DNA from: Candidatus Pacearchaeota archaeon UBA73
GTDB lineage: Archaea; Nanobdellota; Nanobdellia; Pacearchaeales; GW2011-AR1
Direction: 5' to 3'
Length of the DNA: 64,000 nucleotides
Assembly: GCA_002496015.1 (NCBI GenBank)
Contig: DAIF01000001.1
Span: 8,752 to 72,751 of the forward strand
Made by a program: the position numbers and the translations under genes. Within the stretch, counting starts at the first letter, position 1; each line of letters opens with the position of its first letter. The notes below the pieces were generated by a model. That model made no database searches and was not told the DNA's origin. It saw only the letters and a program-made list of their open reading frames with translations. This document shows positions 46,740 through 56,659 of the stretch, piece after piece.

Positions 46740-48350
46740 TTAAAAACTTTCACTTCGCATTTTCTTCCTAACCGCACGGCTCACGTCAACCAGCGGATTC
46801 CTTGTCTCCGGCTTTTTGTCTAGCAATCCGAGGTCTTTATAGAATGCGTCATTACTATAATTCGGTGGCAGGATTTTCTTATTTTGTCTCAAATGCCATT
46901 CGATTTGACTCCTTACATACCCTTCTTTCAGTGGCGGCTCGTTCTTTTCGTTCCACTCCCGAACTCTCTTGTTTGTCTCATCCGGCGAGAACCCTGCTGA
47001 TCTGAGGAAAGTCAGCAGAACGAAAAGCCCCCTCTTCCTTCCATCGGACAAACCTTTCAATAACTTCTTTATCGGCGCAGGAAACATATCCTCTGTGACT
47101 CCCTTAAGCTCAACATCCTCAAATGTTTTACCTTTGTACTGTCCAAATCTTTTCTCCTCTGCTTCTTTGTCCCTTGTCTCCTTGACTTTATACCACTCAA
47201 GCGCCTGCGCAAGAAGATATTTTGCTTCTCTGGGTTCAGGGGCAGGCATAAATTCTCTAATTTCTACTTTAAACGGATCCGCATCCTTCGGCGAGAAATT
47301 CTCAATTTCTTCTTTCTTCAAAACTACGCTTGCAAGCGCAGTCTTCTCATGCAGCGAATAGGGCATTCTGAATAGATGTCGGGAAGCGACAAGCACAAGG
47401 TCCATATTCGCGATTTTCTCGCCGGATATTCCCTGCTCAAACTCTCCGACATTTTCCGCTCCTCCTGATCTCACGATACTTCCTCTTTCGCCGAATCCCT
47501 CAAGTTTATCCCAAGAGGTTTTCCCGCAATGTTCGCATACAAAAAAATCCCTTTCATCAGCCACTTCAAGTATTCCCGCACAGCCAGTGTTCAGGCATTT
47601 CAATCTCCTCTTTGTAAGTTTCACATCTTTCCTTTCAATACTCGTCCCGCAGGTATCGCACACAAATCGCGTTATCTTTCCCTTCTTGCCCGCCCCGCCA
47701 CAGTCAGGGCAGATAGCTTCCTCAACATCTTCTCTCTTTAGTTTCGTTCTGGTTTCAAGCGCTTCAAAATTAATTCCCATCGTGCTGACCTCTCTGTTAT
47801 ATTCCGGTTTTATCACGCTGTTCAGATAACCGCAAATCGCTCTCGGCCAAACAGGGAACATTTTTCTTGTTTCTTCTCCGTTGAACTCCTTAGGAAACGC
47901 CCCCCTCGAAACAATAATGTGAAATCCCTTGCTGCCCGAGAATTTCATCCCATAACTTTTAACGCCATGGTTCTCCAGCGCTTTGACAATTAATTTCGCG
48001 GCGATTCGTGAACAGTCTAAAAACGGCGAATCTATATCTATCAAAAGGTCCCAGCCCTTCCTTAAATTTTCCAAATCTCTTAATGTCGAATCCGAACTCA
48101 ACTGCAGAGGATCACTCCACAGTTCTTCCGAGGCATGGAAAGAAGTCGCGCCTTTCCTCACAAGCCCTTCAATGTCCGAAGGATATTGCAGCATATCAGG
48201 CCTCTTCCCAAAACCTTCAAAATATCTCGGAACAACTTCTCTGTCAAGCGCGAATTTCAATATTGCGTCTCTGACTTTCGGGTTGGAGTAATAAATTCTG
48301 GTCAGAGACCTGACCCTCTTCTCCTTCTCACTCATCTCTTTTTGTTCCAT
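46740..48350 (-). CDS. priS: DNA primase small (catalytic) subunit PriS with Zn-binding insert and extra C-terminal helical domain
   Basis: Catalytic LLIDIDSP (DxD) and SGSKGFHI motifs; CPDCGG...CDTCG...CLNTGC...CEHCG zinc knuckles. 536 aa is longer than typical PriS. Confidence 0.7.
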   Translation of the reverse strand: MEQKEMSEKEKRVRSLTRIYYSNPKVRDAILKFALDREVVPRYFEGFGKRPDMLQYPSDIEGLVRKGATSFHASEELWSDPLQLSSDSTLRDLENLRKGWDLLIDIDSPFLDCSRIAAKLIVKALENHGVKSYGMKFSGSKGFHIIVSRGAFPKEFNGEETRKMFPVWPRAICGYLNSVIKPEYNREVSTMGINFEALETRTKLKREDVEEAICPDCGGAGKKGKITRFVCDTCGTSIERKDVKLTKRRLKCLNTGCAGILEVADERDFFVCEHCGKTSWDKLEGFGERGSIVRSGGAENVGEFEQGISGEKIANMDLVLVASRHLFRMPYSLHEKTALASVVLKKEEIENFSPKDADPFKVEIREFMPAPEPREAKYLLAQALEWYKVKETRDKEAEEKRFGQYKGKTFEDVELKGVTEDMFPAPIKKLLKGLSDGRKRGLFVLLTFLRSAGFSPDETNKRVREWNEKNEPPLKEGYVRSQIEWHLRQNKKILPPNYSNDAFYKDLGLLDKKPETRNPLVDVSRAVRKKMRSESF

Positions 48351-48436
48351 ACTTTTCCAAAGACCTCACTTTTAAAATTATTGTTATATTCTCCCACAAC
48401 AACAATCTTTTTAATACTGCCATCTTATAAAAACCT

Positions 48437-49168
48437 ATGAAACTAACCTTATCAAGCCCAAAGATATTTTCAGATATAGTAACGATAATATCTGAACTTG
48501 TGACTGAAGTGAGATTGAAAGTTCACAAGGAAGGAATGTCCCTCACAGCAATTGACCCTGCGAATGTCGCAATGGTTTACTTCAAGATTCCTGCTTCATT
48601 ATTTGAAGAATTCGAACTTGACCGCGAAGAAGAAGAGATAGGCGTGAATCTGAACAATCTCAAGGCGGTTTTGAGAAGATGCAAACCCGGCGCTTCTTTA
48701 TCTATCGAACGTCAGGACAATATTTTAAAACTAGGCATAAAAGACCGTGTGAAAAGAGATTTCTCTCTCGCACTGATTGAGATTGATGCCGACGACAAAC
48801 CTCTTCCGGAATGGGAATTTAATTCAGTTGTAAAAATAAACTCAGACACTTTCACCGAAGTAATCGAGGATTGTGCAGTCGTTAGCGACGCCTGCACATT
48901 TATTGCTGAACCGGAAAAATTTATAGTGGAAGCCCACGGCTTAAACTCCGCGCGAGCAGAATTCTCAAGCGACGAAGCAGAAATCCATTCCGGAAACAGC
49001 ACTGCAAGATTTTCATTAGAATATCTAATCAAATTCATCAAGGGCGCAAAAATTTCAATGAACTCAACTCTTTCATTTAGTGACAATCATCCAATGAGAC
49101 TGGACTTCCATACCGGCGACGTTGTTCTTTCATTCGTTCTCGCTCCGAGGGTAGAACAGGAAGATTAA
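48437..49168 (+). CDS. pcn: DNA polymerase sliding clamp PCNA
   Basis: 243 aa; N-terminal and overall PCNA pattern (FSDIVTIISELVTEVRLKVHKEGMSLTAIDPANVAMV). Confidence 0.75.
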   Translation: MKLTLSSPKIFSDIVTIISELVTEVRLKVHKEGMSLTAIDPANVAMVYFKIPASLFEEFELDREEEEIGVNLNNLKAVLRRCKPGASLSIERQDNILKLGIKDRVKRDFSLALIEIDADDKPLPEWEFNSVVKINSDTFTEVIEDCAVVSDACTFIAEPEKFIVEAHGLNSARAEFSSDEAEIHSGNSTARFSLEYLIKFIKGAKISMNSTLSFSDNHPMRLDFHTGDVVLSFVLAPRVEQED

Positions 49169-49198
49169 TTATTTATACTTCTTTCTCTTCAGATAAAA

Positions 49199-49618
49199 AT
49201 GGAACTCTCACCCCTATACATCTTTCTCGTAGCAATAGTATTTATTTTAGCAGTCTGGCTAACCTACAAACTCGCCTCTCTCCGCGCCGACCTTCGCTGG
49301 CAAAAAAACCTCGTTCGATTAAGGAAAGAAATAGCAGACCAACAACGCGCAGGCATCAAAGGCAAAGTTTCTGAAACCTTCGCCCCGTTTCTTGAAGGTT
49401 TTCCTTTCAAGCCAAGCGAATGTAAATTCCTCGGCGACCCGATAGACTACGTAGTCTTTGAGGGCTTAGACGAGCGCGACATCAAAGGAGTCCATTTCGT
49501 CGAAGTCAAGCAAGGCACTTCCCAATTAAGCAAACATCAAAAACAAATCCGCGATTTAATAGATTCTCTCGATTCAAAAGATGTAACGTTTGAAGAGTTT
49601 AGGTTTAAGAATGAATAA
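49199..49618 (+). CDS. Membrane-anchored PD-(D/E)xK nuclease related to archaeal Holliday-junction resolvase (candidate)
   Basis: N-terminal TM LYIFLVAIVFILAVWLTY. Core GDPIDYVVFEG...VHFVEVKQG fits the D...(E)VK restriction-endonuclease-fold motif. Confidence 0.45.
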   Translation: MELSPLYIFLVAIVFILAVWLTYKLASLRADLRWQKNLVRLRKEIADQQRAGIKGKVSETFAPFLEGFPFKPSECKFLGDPIDYVVFEGLDERDIKGVHFVEVKQGTSQLSKHQKQIRDLIDSLDSKDVTFEEFRFKNE

Positions 49619-49889
49619 CTTTATTTAACAAACTCTACGTTTTCTAAAGACTCAAATTCCTTATCTCCTGTTAGAAATTTCATTGCTTCTTTCAAAATCT
49701 ATAACTTTCGACCGCTCATCCTTTACCTCAACAACCTCTAAGGTAACAATGTATTCGCGCCGCAACATTTTTAAACCATCAACCTCACTCTCCAATAAGA
49801 ATCTAACCTGAAACCCGAGGACTATTCACCCTCAAAGTTTCAAAATAAACGGGAGAGTTGCACCCAAAAAACAATGGTAATAACAACAT

Positions 49890-50831
49890 ATGTCAACAAG
49901 ATCAAGACCTCGAGCAGGAAGTTTACAGTTCTGGCCTAGAAAGAGAGCTGCAAAAGTTTTGCCCTCTGCAAATTGGAGACCAATTAATTCTAAGGAAGAG
50001 GGTTTCTTAGGTTTCTTCGCTTACAAGGCAGGCATGGCTTCCGTAACTGTCAAAGACCTTACAGAAAAATCAATGACGCAAAACAAGCAAATAATCATCC
50101 CCGCGACCGTTCTGGAAGTTCCGGCAATGAAGATACACTCTGTTAGGTTCTACAAAAAAGGCAAAGTCTTTACAGAAATTCAGGTTGCAACTGACAAAGA
50201 ACTCAAGAAAAAAGTCAAGCTCGCCAAAACCCACAACACTCTCGACAAGGCGCCTTCAGATTACGACGACATCCGCATCATCGCCTATTCTATTCCAAAA
50301 CAGACAAACGTCAAAAAAACTCCCGACATTCTCGAACTCGCTATCCAATCCGACAATAAACTCGAATTCGTCAAAAAACACATCGGCAAAGAAATAACTT
50401 TCGCCGACTTCGTCAAATCCAGTCTCGTAGACGTCCGGGGAGTCACAATCGGAAAAGGCTTCCAAGGCCCAGTCAAAAGATTCGGCACCACGTTGAGATT
50501 CCACAAATCTGAAAAAGGCGTAAGAAAAATAGGTTCTATTGGACCCTGGCACCCTGCCCGTGTCACTTTTCAGGTCCCGATGGCTGGACAGATGGGCTAC
50601 CACACTCGGCTCGTTTACAATCTAAAAGTCCTAACATCCGGCACAATCGTCGAAAAAGACATAAACCCCAAGGCAGGTTTCCCAAACTACGGCAAGATAA
50701 AAACATCCTATGTTCTCGTCAGGGGTTCTGTTCCGGGCCCGGTCAAAAGGCAACTTCTTCTCACCCCTTCATTCCGCCCAAGCAAACTACAATCTAAAAA
50801 GAAATATGAATTTCTGGAGATATTACAATGA
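49890..50831 (+). CDS. rpl3: 50S ribosomal protein L3 (uL3)
   Basis: FQGPVKRFGTTLRFHKSEKGVRKIGSIGPWHPARV; first gene of the operon. Confidence 0.9.
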   Translation: MSTRSRPRAGSLQFWPRKRAAKVLPSANWRPINSKEEGFLGFFAYKAGMASVTVKDLTEKSMTQNKQIIIPATVLEVPAMKIHSVRFYKKGKVFTEIQVATDKELKKKVKLAKTHNTLDKAPSDYDDIRIIAYSIPKQTNVKKTPDILELAIQSDNKLEFVKKHIGKEITFADFVKSSLVDVRGVTIGKGFQGPVKRFGTTLRFHKSEKGVRKIGSIGPWHPARVTFQVPMAGQMGYHTRLVYNLKVLTSGTIVEKDINPKAGFPNYGKIKTSYVLVRGSVPGPVKRQLLLTPSFRPSKLQSKKKYEFLEILQ

Positions 50832-51610
50832 AAGCCCAACTCTATTCTCAGACAGGTGAGAAAAAATCCCATGTAGAACTTCCAAAACTATTCTCAGTCA
50901 GAATAAGAGAAGACATAGTCAAAAAATATTTCGAAGTAGACAAATTTATTCAGCCATACTCTCCCAAACCTCGCGCAGGCCTCAGACAATCCGCAACAGG
51001 AACAATCTCTCATCAGCGACACGACTGGAAGGGACATTACGGCAGGGGCATCTCTCGCGCTCCAAGAAAAACAATGTGGCGGCGCGGAACACAATTCTTC
51101 TGGGTCGGCGCAAACGTTCCGGGAACACGAGGCGGTCGCCAAGCTCATCCGCCAAAAGGAATTGGTGTAGAAAAAAAAATAAACAAGAAAGAAATCGAAG
51201 TGGCGATGAATTCGGCTTTCGCAGCGACTGCTCACAAAGACTTAGTCGTTAGAAGATACTCAACCCTTGAAAAAATCGAACACGTGCCATTCGTCATAGA
51301 ATCTATCCCAACCAAAACAAAAGAACTCAAAAACCTGATAAAAAACATATTCGGAGAAAACTCAAAACTCGCTTTCCGTGTAAAAGAAGTTCGCGCAGGT
51401 AAAGGAAAGACGCGAGGAAGAAAATATAAATCAAATGCCGGCGTTTTAATAATTACAGGAAATAACGAAAATGCAAAATTCGCCGGTTTCGACATCAAGC
51501 CCATCAATGAAGTCTCAATCTCAGACCTTTACCCTCTCGGAAGATTGACCGTCTTCACCCAAAAAGCCTTAAATGATTTAAACAAAGAAAAAAAGGAGAA
51601 AGTTAAATGA
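50828..51610 (+). CDS. rpl4: 50S ribosomal protein L4 (uL4)
   Basis: Operon position and L4/L1e pattern. Confidence 0.85.
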   Translation: MKAQLYSQTGEKKSHVELPKLFSVRIREDIVKKYFEVDKFIQPYSPKPRAGLRQSATGTISHQRHDWKGHYGRGISRAPRKTMWRRGTQFFWVGANVPGTRGGRQAHPPKGIGVEKKINKKEIEVAMNSAFAATAHKDLVVRRYSTLEKIEHVPFVIESIPTKTKELKNLIKNIFGENSKLAFRVKEVRAGKGKTRGRKYKSNAGVLIITGNNENAKFAGFDIKPINEVSISDLYPLGRLTVFTQKALNDLNKEKKEKVK

Positions 51611-51849
51611 TACTCAAACCAATTACCTCTGAAAAAGCAGTCAAGTTGATAGACTTAGATAATACTTTGACTTTCCGAGTTGAGATGAAAGAATCAAAAG
51701 AAGATATAAAGAAAGAAGTCGAGAAAACTTTCAAAGTCAAAGTTGATAAAGTCAGAACATTGGCCAGAGACAATAAAAAAATTGCATTTGTAAAACTCAA
51801 AAAGGAGAATCCTGCGATTGACGTCGCAACTAAGTTGGGAATGATATAA
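51607..51849 (+). CDS. rpl23: 50S ribosomal protein L23 (uL23)
   Basis: 80 aa, MILKPITSEKAV... Confidence 0.85.
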   Translation: MILKPITSEKAVKLIDLDNTLTFRVEMKESKEDIKKEVEKTFKVKVDKVRTLARDNKKIAFVKLKKENPAIDVATKLGMI

Positions 51850-52550
51850 TGGGGAAGAGAATAATTCAACAGGCGCGGGGCAAGGGAAGTCTGACTTACA
51901 GAGTAAGAAAGCAGGCTTTCAGCAAGCGGATAGGGTATCCCTCACAGGATAAAAAAGGCGAAGCCGAAATCATCGCCATCGTGCATTCTGCAGCTCACTC
52001 CGCACCTCTTATGAAAGTCATGATTAATAATCAAACTTTCTACAATCCCGCTTTCAATGGCGCCTTCGTTGGACAGAAGATATCAATTGACGGCGAACCA
52101 AAAGAAGGCAACATCTTATCAATGGGAAAAATTTCTCCCGGAACCCAAATCTACAATATAGAAAGAAATCCCGGCGACGGCGGCAAGATGATCCGAACCG
52201 CTGGCTCCTTCGCGGTAGTATCTAAACAAATGGAAAATAAGTTAGTAGTAGTTTCATTCTCAAACAAAAAAATAGTAACTCTAAATCCTGCGTGTCGTGC
52301 AACAATCGGAAGAATCGCTGGCGACGGAAAAATACTCAAACCCTTTGTCAAGGCTGGGAAAAAACATTACAAAATGAAAGCAGTCAACCGGCTCTGGCCC
52401 AGAACTTCTGCGGTTAAAGTCAACGCTGTCGACCACCCATTCGGCTCTGGCAGAGGCAAGAGAATCAAGCAGAAGATAGCTCAACGCAATGCTCCCGCAG
52501 GTCAGAGAGTCGGACACATTAGGCCGCGCAGGACAGGTTACAGGGGATAA
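51849..52550 (+). CDS. rpl2: 50S ribosomal protein L2 (uL2)
   Basis: 233 aa; MGKRIIQQARGKGS and C-terminal basic region. Confidence 0.9.
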   Translation: MGKRIIQQARGKGSLTYRVRKQAFSKRIGYPSQDKKGEAEIIAIVHSAAHSAPLMKVMINNQTFYNPAFNGAFVGQKISIDGEPKEGNILSMGKISPGTQIYNIERNPGDGGKMIRTAGSFAVVSKQMENKLVVVSFSNKKIVTLNPACRATIGRIAGDGKILKPFVKAGKKHYKMKAVNRLWPRTSAVKVNAVDHPFGSGRGKRIKQKIAQRNAPAGQRVGHIRPRRTGYRG

Positions 52551-52551
52551 A

Positions 52552-52962
52552 ATGGCAAATGAACAAGAAGTCGAAGTAAGAAAGAAAGAACAAAGTTATA
52601 GGGGCAAGACTCTTGAAGAGCTCAAAACCCTCGACGTAAGAGAGATAGCAAAATTCCTTCCTTCAAGGTCCCGGCGCTCCGTCCTAAGAAACTTCGACAC
52701 CATCCAGAAATTCATAAAACGCTGTGAAAAGAAAACGGCAAAAAACAAAAAAATCAGGACTCATCAAAGAGACATCATAATAGTTCCGCAGTTAGTTGGT
52801 TATACTATTGGAATTCATAATGGTAAAGCATTTCATGAACTCTCGATTACCTCGGAAATGATAGGCCACAGGCTGGGTGAATTTGCCTTGCCAAGAGGAA
52901 GAGTAAATCACGGAGCGGCTGGCCTCGGAGCGACCAAGTCGTCTCGCGCTCAGAAGAAGTAA
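52552..52962 (+). CDS. rps19: 30S ribosomal protein S19 (uS19)
   Basis: Start refined to MANEQEV. Contains IGHRLGEFALPRG. Confidence 0.85.
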   Translation: MANEQEVEVRKKEQSYRGKTLEELKTLDVREIAKFLPSRSRRSVLRNFDTIQKFIKRCEKKTAKNKKIRTHQRDIIIVPQLVGYTIGIHNGKAFHELSITSEMIGHRLGEFALPRGRVNHGAAGLGATKSSRAQKK

Positions 52963-52963
52963 A

Positions 52964-53587
52964 ATGACAGAACAAAAAACAAAACCCCAAAAGACTGAGA
53001 AGAAAGAAAAAATTATAGCGAAGCCTCTTCCGGTTGACAAAGAAAAAACTAAAGAAATAGAGATGAAGATGGAACAAGAGAAAAAATCTGATGAAGTCCA
53101 AGCAAGTAGTCCAGTTGCAAAACCGGAAACGCAGCCAGAGAAGAAAGAATCAAAGAAAGTTGAAGTCCCAAAGAAAGACGAAGCGATCGCCAGAGGCACT
53201 TCATTGCCTATCTCTAAAAAACATTCAATGTATATCGGTAACTTCATAAAAGGAAAAAAGATCGAAGATGCAATTGCCGACTTAGAAAAAGTTGTTAAAC
53301 TCAAACAAGCTGTTCCTTTCAAAGGCGAAATTCCTCACAGGAAAGGGATGGAACGCGGACGCTATCCTGTGAAAGCTGCATCATATTTCATAAACACGCT
53401 AAAAGCGTTAAAAGGTAATGCTATTACAAATCAAATGGAGCTCGAAGACACCCGGATTTATCTTGTCTCCCCCTCTTGGGCTCCTCGCCAGCTCAGAAGG
53501 GGCGGAAGAAAAGCCAAAAGAACTCATCTCATAATCAAAGCAAGGGAATTTAAGAACAAAAAACAAGACAAGGAGAAAAAGAAATAA
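52964..53587 (+). CDS. rpl22: 50S ribosomal protein L22 (uL22) with long K/E-rich N-terminal extension
   Basis: Core ARGTSLPISKKHSMYIGNFIKGKKIEDAIADLEKV; ~70 aa charged N-terminal extension. Confidence 0.85.
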   Translation: MTEQKTKPQKTEKKEKIIAKPLPVDKEKTKEIEMKMEQEKKSDEVQASSPVAKPETQPEKKESKKVEVPKKDEAIARGTSLPISKKHSMYIGNFIKGKKIEDAIADLEKVVKLKQAVPFKGEIPHRKGMERGRYPVKAASYFINTLKALKGNAITNQMELEDTRIYLVSPSWAPRQLRRGGRKAKRTHLIIKAREFKNKKQDKEKKK

Positions 53588-54288
53588 TGGAAGAAAAAAA
53601 ATTCGTAAGCTTCAAAAAAGATGAACTCAGGGTCAAGGAATACATAAAGAATGTTCTCGGCAAGGGAAGAATTAGCGCAGTTGTGATAGAATACACTCCT
53701 GTCGGGGAGAAAATCAAAGTCTCAACTTCCCGCCCAGGTTTGGTTATCGGACGAAAAGGAGAGAAGATTGACGAACTGACAAAAGTCCTAAAAAGAAGAT
53801 TTAAACTTGACAATCCGCACATCGAAATTGTCGAAATCACTCAGCCCCTTCTTGACGCACAGTTAGTCGCCGATGAAATAGCAGTCGTGCTCGAAAGAAA
53901 AGGGTCTCTCAAATTCAAGGTGATCGCCTACAAGATGCTGCAACAGATTATCAGGTCCGGAGCTCTTGGCGTTGAAATTACTCTGGCAGGAAAACTGCCA
54001 AGCGACCGCGCTCGAACGTGGAGGTTTACTCACGGCTATCTCAAAAAGACCGGAGATCCTGCAAAGATTGTCGATCGCGCTCAATCCCAAGCAACAACTA
54101 TTGCAGGCGTCGTAGGAGTTTCAGTCGCAATCTTAAGACCTGATGCGGTCCTTAGCGATCAGATAAAATTGGATGAGAACACTAAGCAAAAGATTAAGAT
54201 ATCGGTGACTGAGCTTGGAGCACCTGTCGAAGAAACAAAGCCAAAGAAAAAATCTTCAAAGAAAAAATCCGAGGAGGTTAAGGAATAA
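53587..54288 (+). CDS. rps3: 30S ribosomal protein S3 (uS3)
   Basis: KH domain VIGRKGEKIDELT; K-rich C-terminus. Confidence 0.9.
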   Translation: MEEKKFVSFKKDELRVKEYIKNVLGKGRISAVVIEYTPVGEKIKVSTSRPGLVIGRKGEKIDELTKVLKRRFKLDNPHIEIVEITQPLLDAQLVADEIAVVLERKGSLKFKVIAYKMLQQIIRSGALGVEITLAGKLPSDRARTWRFTHGYLKKTGDPAKIVDRAQSQATTIAGVVGVSVAILRPDAVLSDQIKLDENTKQKIKISVTELGAPVEETKPKKKSSKKKSEEVKE

Positions 54289-54515
54289 TGGCTCTCCTAA
54301 AAAACTCTGCAGTCAAGAAGATGAGCGACAAGGAAATGGAAGAAAAACTAAATGATTTGAAGTTAGAGCTAGTCAGGGCTAACGTCACAGCAAATAAGAC
54401 TAATGCGAAAACCAAAGAACTTAAAAGGGCAATTTCAAGGATATTAACAGCAATGAAAGCTAAAAAGTCACAAGTCAAACTCAATTCCTCCCAGAAAAAG
54501 GAGTTGAGCAAATAA
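54288..54515 (+). CDS. rpl29: 50S ribosomal protein L29 (uL29)
   Basis: 75 aa; MALLKNSAVKKMSDKEMEEKLNDLKLELVRA. Confidence 0.85.
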   Translation: MALLKNSAVKKMSDKEMEEKLNDLKLELVRANVTANKTNAKTKELKRAISRILTAMKAKKSQVKLNSSQKKELSK

Positions 54516-54812
54516 ATGGATTCAAACGAATTCGGCTTACCAAGTGAAACCGATGTGTTTGAAGAAATCGCCAAAAGCGAACAGCAAATAAAAGTGACCA
54601 CCCAGACGAGGAGATACGGGAAAAAAATAACACTCATCGAGGGTTTTGACAAGCACGTGGACGTCAAGTCTGTCGCAAAAGCCCTCAAAGAAGGGCTTGC
54701 CTGCGGAGGGACTTCAAAAGATAACGTGATAGAACTGCAGGGAGATCACAAGAAAAAGGTCCGCCCGATTCTTGTGAAACTCGGATTTGCAGATGACTCC
54801 ATAAGCGATTAA
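54516..54812 (+). CDS. Translation initiation factor SUI1 (aIF1)
   Basis: VTTQTRRYGKKITLIEGF....LACGGT....ELQGDHKKKV. Confidence 0.8.
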   Translation: MDSNEFGLPSETDVFEEIAKSEQQIKVTTQTRRYGKKITLIEGFDKHVDVKSVAKALKEGLACGGTSKDNVIELQGDHKKKVRPILVKLGFADDSISD

Positions 54813-54830
54813 TCTCAAACCAAGGAGAAT

Positions 54831-55211
54831 ATGGCAGAAAAGAAAGAAAAGAAACAGTCAGCAAAGGCTGTGATAGAAGAGAATGGAAAGGAAAAGAATT
54901 TCAGAGATATAGTGAAAACTCTGGGTCTCTCCACAAGGGGCAGGGTCTTTCAGGGAAAAGTAATCAGAAAATTTCCTAAAAGGGTTACAATCGAATTCGA
55001 ACGCACAGTTAAACTTCATAAATTCGAAAGATTCATGAAAAAGCGAACGCGAATTCACGCTCGCCTTCCGGATCAATTCGCAGCCCAAATTAATCTCGGC
55101 GATTTAATCAGAGTTCAGGAAACACGCCCTATTTCAAAAACAATTCATTTTGTTGTCGTAGAAAAAATTCGTTCAGCCGAAAATAATCTCAAAAGTCTGG
55201 AGGGCGAATAA
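54831..55211 (+). CDS. rps17: 30S ribosomal protein S17 (uS17)
   Basis: GKVIRKFPKRVTIEFERTVKLHKFERFMKKRTRIHA. Confidence 0.85.
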   Translation: MAEKKEKKQSAKAVIEENGKEKNFRDIVKTLGLSTRGRVFQGKVIRKFPKRVTIEFERTVKLHKFERFMKKRTRIHARLPDQFAAQINLGDLIRVQETRPISKTIHFVVVEKIRSAENNLKSLEGE

Positions 55212-55639
55212 TGGCACAAAAATCATCAATCGTCTCAGGAAAAGCAATAAGCGCAAGGGCAACAAGGGCATTAAACATAGGGAGTATCGTTCTTGCCAGC
55301 GACAACTCTGGTGCTCAGATAGTCAGAATTACAGGAGTAATACGCGGAAAAGTAAGAAAACGAAGACAGCAGTATGCTAAACTCGGCGATTGGGTAAAAG
55401 TCTCTGTGAGGAAAGGCAAGCCGGATATGAAAGGCAAGGTTTTCGACGCAGTGGTAATCCGCCAGAAAAAGCCCTATCGCAGATTAACCGGCGAACGCGT
55501 CTGCTTTGAAGACAATGCTGTCGCGTTGATGAAAGACGACAAGGGAAATCCAAAGGGTACTCAAATTAAAGGCCCTGTTGCAAGGGAGGTTCACGAGCGT
55601 TGGCCGTCAGTCGCCAAAATCGCTCAGTTTGTATTATGA
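55211..55639 (+). CDS. rpl14: 50S ribosomal protein L14 (uL14)
   Basis: GSIVLASDNSGAQIVRITGVIRGKVRKRR. Confidence 0.9.
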   Translation: MAQKSSIVSGKAISARATRALNIGSIVLASDNSGAQIVRITGVIRGKVRKRRQQYAKLGDWVKVSVRKGKPDMKGKVFDAVVIRQKKPYRRLTGERVCFEDNAVALMKDDKGNPKGTQIKGPVAREVHERWPSVAKIAQFVL

Positions 55640-56061
55640 AATCCACATTCTCCACATCATGGCTATCTTCGAAAAAACCGCGCAAACAAAGAAAGTTTAC
55701 AGCAAACGCTCCGTTTCATATTAAGCATAAATTTTTAAGTGCAACTCTTTCCAAAGAACTAAGAAAGAAATATGGCAAGAGAAGTCTGCCTGTAAGAAAA
55801 GGCGACGAAGTGCTTGTCATGCGCGGCTCGTTCAGGAAAAAGAAAGTCAAAATCTCTTTAACAGACTTAAAAAGAACTCGCGTCGCATTAGAAAACATTC
55901 AAAGAACAAAGAAAGATGGCACTAAAGTTAATGTTTGGTTCCATCCAAGTTCATTGCAAATTCAAACCCTGAATTTAGACGACAAAAAACGCATTGCCGT
56001 CCTCGAAAGAAAAATAAAGCAAGGAGAAAAAAATGCATCAGACAAGAGCGCAGGTAAGTAA
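55636..56061 (+). CDS. rpl24: 50S ribosomal protein L24 (uL24)
   Basis: KOW motif VRKGDEVLVMRGSFRKKKVKI. Start refined to MKSTFS (ATGA overlap with rpl14). Confidence 0.85.
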   Translation: MKSTFSTSWLSSKKPRKQRKFTANAPFHIKHKFLSATLSKELRKKYGKRSLPVRKGDEVLVMRGSFRKKKVKISLTDLKRTRVALENIQRTKKDGTKVNVWFHPSSLQIQTLNLDDKKRIAVLERKIKQGEKNASDKSAGK

Positions 56062-56659
56062 GAAAATCCCTCTAGCAAGAAAGGGTTCAAAATATGTAGC
56101 AAGGCCGCTGATGGATTTGGAGAATTCCATCCCGGTCGTAATCGCTGTTAGAGATATGCTGAAACTCGCCCGCACAGCCAAAGAAGTAAGGAAAATGATT
56201 ATCCAAAAGTCCTTGAAAATCAACGGGAAAGAAGTTAAGGATTATCGGGATTCTATCCGGCTTTTCAATTTGTTCGAAGCAGATAAGAGCTACATATTGA
56301 ACTTGAATCTCCAAGGCAGATTCATGCTTGAAGAAACAAAGCAAACGGAAAGGCCTTGCAAAGTGATAGGAAAGAGAATCCTCGCAGGCAAGAAGCTCCA
56401 GCTCAATCTCCACGATGGAACAAACGTCTTGACAACTGACCAGAAAATAAAAACTCAGGACACAGTTTATCTTGATATTGAAAATAAAATCAAGGGACAT
56501 ATCGAATTAGGTCATGGAAAAGAATGTTTGATAATAAAAGGAAAACTTCTCGGGCACAAAGGCAAAATAGATAAGGTAGAAGGCAACAAGGTTCATGTCA
56601 AAATCAAAGAACTTGACCTAGAGACTAGTCTGAATAAGGAAGGAGTTATTGCAATATGA
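56033..56659 (+). CDS. rps4e: 30S ribosomal protein S4e (eS4)
   Basis: KKIPLARKGSKYVARP...; 208 aa. Confidence 0.85.
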   Translation: MHQTRAQVSKKIPLARKGSKYVARPLMDLENSIPVVIAVRDMLKLARTAKEVRKMIIQKSLKINGKEVKDYRDSIRLFNLFEADKSYILNLNLQGRFMLEETKQTERPCKVIGKRILAGKKLQLNLHDGTNVLTTDQKIKTQDTVYLDIENKIKGHIELGHGKECLIIKGKLLGHKGKIDKVEGNKVHVKIKELDLETSLNKEGVIAI

